DNA of 52,459 nucleotides, counting the filler, from Sphacelaria rigidula (Eukaryota): NCBI GenBank assembly GCA_964200075.2. It is 3 parts of 3 records of this genome, joined end to end, with 100 filler letters (N's around TTAATTAATTAA, not from the genome) between each part and the next. Parts side by side here need not be neighbours in the genome. Positions count along the whole stretch, not along the records: positions 1 to 17,422 come from CAXNAA020001090.1; 2 more parts are not named here. One strand, given 5' to 3'. Of this stretch, positions 1 to 10,858 are shown piece by piece. The notes under the pieces were generated by a model, which saw nothing but the letters and a program-made list of their open reading frames with translations, was not told the origin of the DNA and searched no databases. Both the position numbers and the translations under genes were made by a program. Positions within the stretch are counted from its first letter, which is position 1. The number at the start of each line of letters is the position of its first letter.

Positions 1-105
1 CAAACACTTGTGGAGACCTTCTTGACATGCGGAGTGAAAAAAGATATCTATGGTAGTGATCTAAAATTTGCGAGTGTGGTGCAAAGGGGTGCGTCCGTGT
101 TGCAA

Positions 106-1136
106 TCTGGAGCACGAGCGCTGGCTGCGTGAACATGATACAGAAGCAAGAAATAATTCCGATGTGACGAGGTCACGCGATACCACCTGGGGTGATATAT
201 GGACCCACGAAGAACAAGGGTGCTTTATTATCAACCACTTGTCGTTACATTTGACACCCACGCCATCAACCACCAGCCTCAAAGGTCCCGTGACTTTCAT
301 GCAACGCTGGCGGCAGTACGGCAGGCAAACCCGATCATAGCTAGCTTTCGTCGCTTTACTGGACTGACTGGCGTCTGCATGAAGGTCGCCCGGCGTATTT
401 CGCAATCTCTGCAAAATCGAAACAGTTCGATTTTTTCAACTACACAACCATGATTAAAAGGATTCTTGTGGTCTGAGGAACTGCGTCTTTCCTGTCCTCC
501 CGCCAGGTGAACGAGGAGGTCGGCGAAGATATTTCAATCGCATGTACCACTAGCGGGGAAACATATAGGTTGTCCTCTATGAAGTTCCGCGTTTTCCAAG
601 CTGCAAACCGTTTGATGCCCGTTACTTTTTAATAAAAACGTTAAACCGTGATTTTTCTGTTCCGTTCCGTGCTTATTGCGGTATTCGCATCTCAGGAAAG
701 TTTGGTATTGCTGTTTTACAGTATCTTCGAACGTGTGGATCGACCAAAGCGGCCACTTTCCCTCAGATCATAAGGATTGTTTTAATCATGGTTGTGTAGT
801 TGAAAAAAGCGAACTATTCCGTTTTTTTTGCAGAGATTGCGAAATACGCCGGGCGACCTCCATGCAGACACCAGTCAGTCCAGCAAAACGACGAAAGCTA
901 GCTGTGATCGGGTTTGCCTGCCGTACTGCCGCCAGCGTTGCTTGAAAGCCACAAGACCTTTGAGGTTGGCGATTGATGGCGTGGGTGTCAAACGCAACGA
1001 CAGAGGGTTGATCATAAAGCACCCTCGTTCTTCGTGGGTCCATATATCACCCCAGGTGGTGACGCGTGACCTCGTCACATCGAAATTATTCCTTGCTTCT
1101 GTAGTACGTTCACGCAGCCAGCGCGCGTGCTTCAGA
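106..1136. repeat. Long inverted repeat: arms ~106-480 and ~759-1136, spacer ~280 bp
   Basis: The arms are clearly reverse-complementary. The ORF track gives near-identical peptides on opposite strands (e.g. MDPRRTRVLY... at 199 + and 786-1043 -). Confidence 0.95.
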
Positions 1137-1303
1137 CACCTGAGTTGTCTACATCTACGACCGTCCCATTCTTGATCGGTTGGCTGCTCTTTCCAGATTA
1201 TCTCCTTCTCCGACGTATTCCACTCATCATTGAAGGGATAATACAACTGGCATGCGGGGCTTTGACGCAAGCGGGTGAGTGTCCTTATACATATGGACCC
1301 TAA

Positions 1304-1664
1304 ACGTACTGCATGTGTGTCGCCATCCCATCTATTCTGGACGCCAGTCTACACCTTTCGGTATATGTGGGCGCACTAGCCGGGATTACGCAGGAGGGAG
1401 GCCAACAACAAATGACTTTAATTTTCTAGTTCTCCACCCCCCTTCCGCGGTGCTTGCCTTTTTTATATCGAGAGGGGGGTTCGGCAGTCACTTCTTCTCA
1501 TCGACCGTGAAGTCGAACTTCGTGTACCCACGACATAGTCGCTCTCCACTGTTGGGAATTGCGTGCGAAATAAATCCCAGATCGTATGACTGTACCGGAA
1601 TCGAACCCACGACCCAGCCATCAGAAGGTTTAGAGGTTACCAACTGAGCCACCGGGGCAACCGG
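1304..1664 (-). mobile_element. tRNA-derived SINE
   Basis: The minus strand begins CCGGTTGCCCCGGTGGCTCAGTTGG (A box) ... CCTTCTGA ... GGTTCGATTCC (B box), followed by a ~290-bp tRNA-unrelated body. A related head occurs at 19908-19978. Confidence 0.85.
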
Positions 1665-1682
1665 TTTTCTGGGACTTGTACA

Positions 1683-2644
1683 TTGTTTTCTTGCAACGAC
1701 CGCCGTTCAACAAAGAGCACAAGCTGTGAACTCTTCGCCGCTTTCGTGTCGAGGGTAGTTGGCTGCATGTGGGACGACACCGCTGTAGACCCCTCTTTCT
1801 TCAAGGACGCGACTGTCATGCTCACGCCGCCGTTTCGCTCGGGCAAGCACTTGGACCTGCTGCAGCTGATTGCGGGCAACGACAGTGGGCTGCCGGCCAG
1901 CAGCAAAGCGACAGTTCCCACGTCGGCGGGTGTTGTGTCTAGTACGCGCGCGGACACTTGGACAGAGATTCGCGCCCGAGCGATCAATGCGGGGGGGCTA
2001 TCGAACATGAGCAGACGTGAGGATACTAATGAGGCGCCTGCAGATGATGGTGACCCAGTCGAGCAACGCTTCGAAAAGCATCGACAAGGACGAGTGGGGG
2101 ATGTTCGCCAGCGAGGCTGCGGAGGAGAGGGCGGAGGATTTGCGATCTCCCGGAGAGAGAGTTGGGAAGCTTGTGGATGACGAGATCGCGCGATCCCGGA
2201 ATCTTAGCGTGACGCCTTCTGATATCCCCCCGCGGGAGGCCCTCAGGTACTGGGCGCGGCAGGGGAAGATTCACTCCAGACTCTTGCGTAGTGTAGCGCA
2301 GCAGACGTTCGGTAACCAAGCTTCTGCAGTAACAGATCGAGCGTCACTTCGGTGGCGCGAGACAGCTTCTGTTGAGCCGGAGAAACCGCGTCCACTGCTT
2401 CTACGTTGACATTTTACTCATCCTTCACCTCAACTTGGCCAAGATACCCCCAGCGGTGCCTGCTTCCACTACCGCATTAATACCATCATTCATCCCCAAA
2501 GACTTCACCGGGGTCGATCCTGAGCTGTGCGGGGCAACCGACTTCATCGATCCCCTTGGCGCAGCGTTCCCAATGGACATGAAGGACGACCCCGATCATC
2601 TTCATGAGGGAGAGAACGAGAGCCAGGGCAAAAATGGCAGCTAA
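1683..2644 (+). pseudogene. hAT-superfamily transposase, 3' remnant with C-terminal dimerisation domain
   Basis: Joining frames across a frameshift near 2330 gives ALRYWARQGKIHSRLLRSVAQQTFGNQASA-QIERHFGGARQLLLSRRNRVHCFYVDILLILHLN. This matches the hAT dimerisation pattern (W...L..VA...ASA..ER.F.....R.R....VD/E.LL.LH.N). A second frameshift lies near 2050-2100. Confidence 0.8.
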
Positions 2645-3976
2645 TACGCCGTGCGACATGCCTGCGCCCATATGCTATTGGAGCGATGTGAGTAGCATGC
2701 TATTTGGCTGGGTTTTGTTTTCATTATTTACGTGTGATACGTGAGATTCTTCTTCCTCGCTGCTGTCGGATATTTGCATGATTTTCCTTTTTTTCATACT
2801 CTCCGCCCTGATCACTAGCTGGCTTTGTTGCAATCAGCTGACAGGGTTAGACACCCAATCCACGGATCGATCATGGGTACCGGGTGGCGATTTTCGTGGT
2901 TGTTGACGTAGGTGCAGAGACTAGAGCACTCTGAAAATATAGCAGTAGTATGTTCAAAGTTGAAATTGAATGATTCGATTTTCATTTCGAGGGGGTAGGG
3001 CCGTAATTCCTAGCACCAACGTATTGCAGCAGTATGTAAGAGCAGGTGCAGTAGTACCCAAGAGTAGGGTTTGCCTATCTATGTACTTGTAGTTTTTCAT
3101 TTAGAGCACCCGGCTATTGCGCAGTATTTACGGTATATAAATATGCAAGGTTATTCACCTGGTATCTTGGAATCTTGTTGTGTATTTTGTATGCCCCCTG
3201 CGACCCCTCGTTATTTCGTTTTCCTCATTTCCCTTTCGGCTTGTTCGCTTGCTTGCACGTGGAATATTATCGCGTACGATACTCATCTTCGACATGAAAC
3301 AATGTATACCTTCGTAACTATGATGTAGTATTTATATCCACACACCAAAAACATCAGACTACATAAAAATGAGCTCATTCGAATTGAACAAATGTCATGG
3401 TACGATACTTACCACCTGGGTAGGAAGATGCCAGTTCAGTGGGCACCGGGGCTAGCAGGCCCAAACACAATCTTTAGTATCGCAACCATTGAGTTCGATA
3501 TTATCGAGTGCAAAGTCAGCCACCTCACCAGTGGTCAGGTGGAATGCCATGAGCCGTGCAGGCTGCAGCACAACATGTGTTGCATGAAGGTTAGGCTTAC
3601 GTTTTGTGAAGACCAGATAATCCTCTGAGATAGCAGTCCCTGATGGCGTAGATGCTCTTGTATTGTTGGCGTACAGGCCAACTCGTGCTTTGCTAGTTGA
3701 GATGCATGGTCCAAAACCGCTGTAACCCAAAGGGGGCAGGCAGCTCGATTCAATCAAACAATGTAGTATGACCCATCAGGTACCAAGTATTTCAAAGTAT
3801 GACAAATGGAACCCAGTCGACTGGAACATGACCAATAAATCTGTAACACAAACACGAAAATCAGGAGGAATCTGAGTACTAATTACTTGTGAAAACAAGA
3901 CGTACCTACTCCGAAAGCTTCTGGCCTTTGCGTGAGTTGGCACCAGCTGCTGCACGGTGGGGAGTGCATCGCGTTT

Positions 3977-4212
3977 GGTATTTACCGGGTATACCCCCGG
4001 TATTTACCGGGGTATCCCGTATCTCGTTATGCGTAGATATCGAAGGTATTGCATTTAATAATATGAAAATACCGAATTTGGCGGGTACGGTAGGTATTGA
4101 AATCTCGAAATACCGTGGTATCGTACTTATCGTAGGTATGATACTTGAAAATACCGGATTGGGTAGGTATCGGTAATGTGTGAGATGTCCCAAATACCGG
4201 TATCGAGTACCT
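3977..4212 (+). repeat. GGTAT/ATACC-motif-rich dispersed repeat (TE subterminal-like)
   Basis: 4090-4212 is homologous to 20081-20205 (GGTATTGAAATCTCG.AATACCGTGGTATCGT...GAGATGTCCCAAATACCGGTA). Confidence 0.8.
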
Positions 4213-4231
4213 TACCTCCTGTGCCCGTGGC

Positions 4232-4499
4232 ACTCTGCTCGCGCACTATTTGTTCTCTGTTCCCGCAATACCGGCTGTGTCATCATGTACTACCACACGG
4301 CATTATCATGTACTGTACTGATGTAGTATCCTGCACTGTAGTACACTAGGGTACCAAGGTACGGCACTGTACTCGAAGGATTGCTTACCGCCTGCCTGCT
4401 CTTCGACTTCATGCACTATTAACAACAATACGCAGTGCCACACTCATGCAGAAAATGAACGTCTGTGTACAGATCCATTTCACAAATCTGTGATACTGT
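4232..4499 (+). mobile_element. Internal fragment of the ~880-bp TIR element family found at 21752 and 24630
   Basis: Direct homology to ~22255-22511 and ~25105-25405 (CGCAATACCGGCTGT...CATCATGTACTACCACACGGCATTATCATGTA...CACTCATGCAGAA). Confidence 0.85.
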
Positions 4500-5655
4500 T
4501 GTTATGGGGGTGAATGGGGCCCGAATTCGGGCACCATATATCGGCAAAATGGACCGACTACTGGCTTCAAGGCATATTTACAAGCCTGTGAGTGGTCGGT
4601 GGCGCTGAAATGTACTTGCTCCGGCGGCAGCGCTGATATATTAATGTGTGCTTGTATCGTGTAGCTGTTGCACTCGGGAAGCACACACCCTCCACGTTCC
4701 ACCCCGCTTTCACCGCCCTTCTCAACATCAGCAGTAAAGAACACGAAAAGCGGCATTAGTTGCGGGTGTCATCCACAACCCCAATCCACTCAGCCCTTTT
4801 ACTCACATACCGCAGAAACGAAGCAGCACAGGATATTCAGACAATGAGCACGAGTGTTGAGTACCGTGGAACAAGTGAGAATGATGTAGACGGCGTTGAC
4901 GAAGATAAAGCGATTCACGCTGTGCGGCTGGGCTGCTCATTGCATACCCCGCACCTTTCCGTGATGGCGGGTTTGGAGAGCAATTACTTCATGGGCCCCA
5001 TGGGCTCAAGGTCGTGGCACGAGTGGAGGGAACCACGTTTGTGGTCTCCATTCCTGAAAGCGAACCGTGAACGGCGATCTCCACCTCCGTGACACAAGAC
5101 ACAAGACGTTTGGACCTGTTAGCGTGAAACCGTCACATTGCCGCTTGTGCCATGCCGACCACCACGGCAGCGCAAAAGGAGCACTGCGTGATCAAGGCCC
5201 CCACATAACAAGAAGTGCTAGAATGCGTATGTTGGCGCAAATGCCCTTGCTTAGTTTTGCTTTTTAGTATTTAGTCCTGAAACCAAGCATTCGATCGAAA
5301 CTGCAACTTGCCAACCGCGATGATAAATAAATAATTATTAATTAATTAATTAATTAATTAAATAAGTTAAAGATTGTTTGAGGATGGATGGTTGGATGGT
5401 TGATTTTTTTTTTCGAGCAAGGGAAAGACAATATGAATGAAAAATCTAACCCTTTGGGAACCAAATGCTGATTTTTGTGATTGTTGTGAATCGGCATCAT
5501 TTTGAGTTTGAAATGTCCAAAAGTGATGCCGATTCACAACAACCACAAAAAATAGCACTCGGCTCCCAAAGACTCGGCAATTTTCGCAATCAGACCAGCG
5601 GCCTGCGCAAGAAAAACTGTGATCCTTCATAGAAGAGGAGCGGACGTATATATCT

Positions 5656-6063
5656 TGTCGACCCCAGTGATATCCGTTATCGTCCGCGATCGAGCGGCCT
5701 GTGTACTTGGTCTACGGTTTTCCCATTAGAGGGGACCTCAAGGCACAACGTTATAGGTACATCCCACAAGGAGTGGACGTGGTCATACATCCGTGTTCCT
5801 GGATACTGCCAGCTTGCAACACTGAGGACGCGAAGGGGATCGCATTCGATCACAAGTTTTCAGCTTGAACCGTCCGGATGACCGGATACGAACCCCTTGC
5901 ATCAGCGTCGCAAGCTAGCACTCAGGAAGATGGAAGTACGACCCCGTCGACCCCTTGTTGGAGGTACTTATTACCCTGTGCCTTGAGATCCCCTGTGGTG
6001 GGAACACCGTTCTCAACCACTTCACTGTACTCGGGACGTCGATAGAAATCAGTGGGGCCGACA
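5656..6063. repeat. ~410-bp foldback hairpin (arms ~190-200 bp, loop 5853-5878)
   Basis: Termini TGTCGACCCCAGTGATATC and GAAATCAGTGGGGCCGACA pair, as do AGGGGACCTCAAGGCACA and TGTGCCTTGAGATCCCCT, and pairing continues to the loop with scattered mismatches. Confidence 0.9.
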
Positions 6064-6592
6064 TATAAATATGCAGCATAGTTTAGGCTGTGTTGGGGGT
6101 GCCAAAAATAATGATGGCGAAGGGCTTGGGTGCGGGCGAGACAGTTTGACGTGTCGAATCGACACAGAGGCGGATCTTCTGCGTCTGGGATTATATGGGA
6201 GGTTTGAAATTAGCTGACGAGGAAAATAGTGAACGTCCGAGGAAATTTGAAGTTAACTTTTGAGCAAACTCCTACTTTTGGAGAACGAATCCACTTTTCT
6301 CCATGTTTCAGTTTTTTTTTTAATATCAGAACGCATTATCTGTGACACATTCAGGTCTTCTGCGTTTTTCACACTTTTAATACGTGAAACAACATTCAGT
6401 GTGTTCCATCCACCATTCCGCGCTCTCAACGTTCGCGTTCCTTGATACCTATCATGCCACACCCATGCCAGATCTTCCTTCTTCTACTCATCACATATAG
6501 CACGTCAAATCTCAGGCTCAACCTCTTGGTAGGAGTCATTACCTTTACCATCTCCCGATTTTAATCAATTCCTTTCCACGCCTTTCGTGGAA

Positions 6593-6629
6593 GACGGGGC
6601 CGCCTATCGGCGGCCCCGTCCGATCCTTG
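6593..6629 (+). other. GC-rich hairpin followed by CTTG|T; possible Helitron 3' end
   Basis: Perfect 12-bp stem GACGGGGCCGCC-tatc-GGCGGCCCCGTC, then cgatc-CTTG-T. The canonical Helitron end is CTRR, so the match is imperfect. Confidence 0.35.
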
Positions 6630-7514
6630 TATATAGTACAAGTGTGCATTGTAGCAACGTGATTGAGACGTTTGTACACCACTTCCTGCAAACAGCGGGG
6701 TCGTAATAATTCTACGACTCGCGTTGTACACAAGCGAATGTACAACTCGCACTTAGTGTCTGTCCCGTGCAAGAGAAGAAGTTCAAGTTAGTGACCTGAC
6801 ACCCGGGATCAGACAAATAATGTCTGGCGTGGATCGAGATTTCCGACGTTCATGTAGACATGGATTTCGACTTCTCAATTTAAATGATACTTCAGTATCA
6901 CGATAGGACGCCGCGACCGCTACATACGACAGCAAACATGTACCTCCGTCGCCACAGGAGACGAGAACATGAGAACGGCAGGGTAGATGACATGGTCGAT
7001 CAGAAATGTTGGTGTTCAACTCCCCACCCGACCACCCCCCCTGCACATACCCCTCGCGGCAGATGTGGAGGATCCCCAGGGCTAACTCATGGGATGCAAC
7101 GTCCGGGCGCCTGCTGAAACGTCGCCCGGGCCAGTCCGAGCGTCATATACGACACCAGAACCGATCCCGAGATGAGAGCATCTCCAATTTGCTATCGTGG
7201 TAACCCTGCGAGCTATCAGAGGTTAGGATCGCGCGCTCCACACTGCTTTTTTTCAGGTGATGACCGTGGCTTGCGAACCAAACAGAGGACGTGAGCATGC
7301 GTGGGTAATATATATATATATATACTTCGTATGTGCACAAGAACCCACGACTCTGACTCTCGAAACGTTAAATATAGCACAAAACTAAATTCTTGCACAC
7401 ATACGCCTTGTTGCATGTCATCCGAGCAGGTGGTGAAACCCTCGCGTATGTCCGGCTGCCGTCCCACCCGGCACATCAGCTGCGGCAAGCGGACGGGGGG
7501 AGGGGGGACCGGCG

Positions 7515-8510
7515 ATGCCGCCGGCGGCAGCAAGTGCGGCATGTGGGCGTTTCGACGACAGAGGCATGACGGAGGCGGCCCCGCGGGCATACCTTGCAGC
7601 GGTGATGGGCCAGCTATCAAGCGGGGCGGCGTCGGCGCCGACGACGGCGCCGAGCACTAGTCTACGCGCCCGCGCAGGTGTTTCAGAGATTCCACGGTCG
7701 TATCTTGCCGCGTTGACAGGCCACGAGAGGGTGGAGGAAGCGGAGGCAGGAGAATCACGCGCGCAAAGTGACGCGCTCCGCGGTCCTTCTCCTGGTCACC
7801 TGTTGTGGTGGCGTGGTGACAGTGGGCCTGATAGGAGTATCCACAGCGCACCTGGACCCGGCGTAGGTGAGGGAGAGATGTTCACAGTCCATTTCATCAT
7901 ACACTCCGGAAGGTTGTTCGGGAAATCCCCGAAGAAGTGGCTGGTGACTTCCATCGACACTGATCAGTGGATCATTGTACTTCTGGCGATGGCCTCCGGG
8001 CGTATCAAGCCGCATGGTTCAGGCGCCGTGCTAGTCACTGTCAAACGCATCGTGATTGGTGGCCCTCAGTACATACTGGTTATCCGGGTGCATAGTGCGA
8101 TCGAAAATCTGAGGGACGGGACGATGCATTCTGCCCTGCAGAATCTACCTCGCCCTTCTTCGCCGCCAGCGGACACGCCAACCCCAGCTCTAATCGAGGT
8201 ATTTACGGTTTTCTGCCACGCCGCGTTTCAAGATCAAGCGGTCTCCGCTCACGTGCAATCCAATAATGACCCTGCATACACCGAGCCTGCACCCGTACGC
8301 TTGGCGCCCCGATCGGCAACACCGCGTTCTCCGTTCGTCTCTCATGAGAGCTTCAACGAGCCCGAGTCCAACACCTCCTTCCCAAAGTCTTGCTCGCGCT
8401 CCCGGACGGCGCCGCACACCGACAGTCGATCACGACCACGTCACCCGTGCCCGCCTATCCAAGGACAGTTCCCGACACAGCTTGTAGACCTATCCACCAT
8501 TGTTACCTAA
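7515..8510 (+). pseudogene. 331-aa ORF, probably TE-derived; middle part weakly resembles a Ty1/copia-type protease region
   Basis: VHFIIHSG...IVLLAMASGRIKPHGSGAVLV echoes the copia pattern hhDSG...V..A.G......G.G.V, but the catalytic D is H. No integrase or RT was found downstream. Confidence 0.25.
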
Positions 8511-10021
8511 GGTCAGGGACTTTGTAGGTGGAGTTGCGGGTCTGATTGCCGGACTCTGTGATGGTGACTTCCATGACGAGTACAGCCGGTTTTGCTACTC
8601 TGGTGGAGAGAGGCTATATGGTCCTGTTCTCCTGTACTATGCTGAGAGTTAATACATAAATAACTACAGCTGCTGAAGTCCATGTGCCCGTGATGGGAGG
8701 AGTCCACATGGCAATCTGATCTTGAGTGACAGAAGTCTACAAGCCTCAATTCATCGCGCGCTCTAACACGCCCGAAGAATGTCAATCGTTACTGCACACA
8801 CGAAGGTAATTCACGACAAAGCTCCAATTCATCGCGCGCTCTCACGCGCCCGATGAATGCCGGTCGTGACCGTACCCACGAGGATAGTTCGCGGCACAGA
8901 TCGAGATAATCGCGCGCCCCAGAGAGCTCGAATAATGCCGATCAAGTGACCTCGCGCACCGCTCCTGTTTCGCCCCGGTCACGACGCCGTCATTTACGCA
9001 ATGATAATACCATACATGCTGCCGACATTCATAATATATTTTCGGATATGTCACCGGCTCTCGAATTCTCAATCAAGGGATCCAGCCGAAAATCATCCCA
9101 CCACCGACGAACCCGTAATGACCACGACCCTCCGTCCCGCTCTGACGCTGTGGCTATTCCCTGTCTTCAGCAACAACTAACAAATTTGAAGCAAGTACTG
9201 ACAAGGAGCACAATGGAAAACAAAGGAACAACCGCCGCCGTTGCTGCCGCCACCGCTGCCGCTGCCACCGCTGCTACCACTACCGTCGCTGCTACCACCG
9301 CCGCCCCCGCCCCACCACTACTGCCGCTCCAACTGCCGCCGACACTGACGCCGACAGCGGGCCCACCACCGATCCCGTCCCGGATCCCCTGGTGCCCCCT
9401 ACCCCGTCTGAGGAGGTTCTCCCTCCGCTCGGTGACGAGCATTGCCCGACAGGCCTCCTTTTGAGGCTGTTCAAACATTACTCCCGCGCAGAACAAGTCG
9501 CGCTGATTGCGGATTACGCCTCGGAAGCGTCAGCCTTGGCCCAGGACATCCTGACCGAGCAACGCGAGGCCGCCGCCACCGCTGCACGCCTCCTCGCGAA
9601 GGAACATGCATAAGCGCACAAGGACCTCCAGCGGCGGGCTGCACAGGCTCAAACTTACAGCGCCGCCGCTTAACGTGCCCTTCATGAGGGTCACGCTGCC
9701 GCCAACGCGCCTCAAAAACGAGTTCAGGGGTTAGGACTTGGAAGACCACGTCCGTGGCCCGCCTCACCACCCACCAGGCTTTCCCTCCATCCACCAACAA
9801 TTGTTTCAGTGGTCGCCCTTCTTCCCCGCCTTCAAGCCACATCACGGCCCAGCCCAAAATCGCTCCTTCGTCATGTCACATTCCGCGGAAGACCGATCGG
9901 TCATCTTACGCTGCGGCCGCAGCCACCACCAGGGCGGAACCAACACCCCCGCCCCCAACCGCCACCTCCGCTGCCAACACCGGACACACAACAGGCATTT
10001 TCCACACCCACGGGGAAAGCT

Positions 10022-10612
10022 TGTGGCTCAGCCGTACCGCTGCCGAATACATCGGCCCATACCACAGCCCCAACGACTTAACAGGCGATTCTATAAAATG
10101 AGGTTGATCAATGAAATGAGGTTTCAGGAGGCTAGCCAACATGCGACAATAACCCGAGGGAAGTACCGTCCGCAAGTGCCTTCGATCATCTTCGGGGGGG
10201 TGGGGCGTACTCATTTGTTGCTTGCCTTAGTCGTTGGACTATTAACCTTTCGAGAGACGGGGCGTGGTCAATGGTCAAACGACTAAGGCAAGCAACAAAT
10301 GAGCACGCTCCACCACCCCGAAGATGATCGAAGGCATTTGCGGACGGTACTTCCCTCGGGTTTTTGTCGCATACTGGCTAGCCTCCTGAAACCTCATTTC
10401 ATTGGTCAACCTTATTTTATAGAAACCCCTGTTACTTGCGCTGTCTCAAGGATGCCTAGAAATCGCTGTCCAGCCTGGTACATCGAGTTGCCGGTTTAGT
10501 TTTGAACCAGAACGGTCTCTTCCCCGACGACGGCATGGCGTATCTCACCTTGGGCCAACTGGTGACACTTTCTACGATAGCCCCCCCTCAAAACCAGCCG
10601 AAAAATGCCACG
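10022..10612 (+). repeat. Candidate LTR interrupted by the MITE at 10081-10432
   Basis: Inverted termini TGTGGC...GCCACG. Preceded by a purine tract GGGGAAAG (10012-10019) and followed by PBS-like TGGTCGCACAGCG (10620). No second copy is in the window to confirm it. Confidence 0.5.
10081..10432. mobile_element. Palindromic MITE with TA target-site duplication (Tc1/mariner-like signature)
   Basis: TA|ACAGGCGATTCTATAAAATGAGG ... CCTTATTTTATAGAAACCCCTGT|TA. Arms of ~165 bp are almost fully reverse-complementary. Confidence 0.85.
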
Positions 10613-10858
10613 AAATAAATGGTCGCACAGCGCCTGATGTTTGGGTTCAGGCTGCATAAAGCGCCTCATATAGGCGACATTGACGAGAACGAAGCCAAGC
10701 GGGGGAATTCCCTGCTGCTTGTTGTGCTCGTCATTTTCCATATCGATTTACGTGAAGATTTTGCCCCCCCCAAACCAGGCACGTTTCAGGGGGGGGCTAA
10801 CGCAAAACAAATCTGGTCCTACACATGACCATCGGCGTCGGACCAGACCAACCTTGAA

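Noticed and set aside
1590..1664. Functional tRNA-Arg(TCT) genes here and at 19908-19978
   Set aside because: A and B boxes are present, but the acceptor and anticodon stems do not pair cleanly, there is no T-run terminator, and a SINE-like body follows.
4502..5267. Short ORFs at 4502-5267 and 18827-19783
   Set aside because: No recognisable domains, splice pattern or repeat partner that I can support.
5330..5365. (TAAT)n run resembling the gap linker
   Set aside because: A simple AT-rich microsatellite without flanking Ns.
9738..10499. ORFs 9738-10286, 9906-10214 and 10299-10499 with mirrored peptides
   Set aside because: They result from reading through the palindromic MITE and are not genes.
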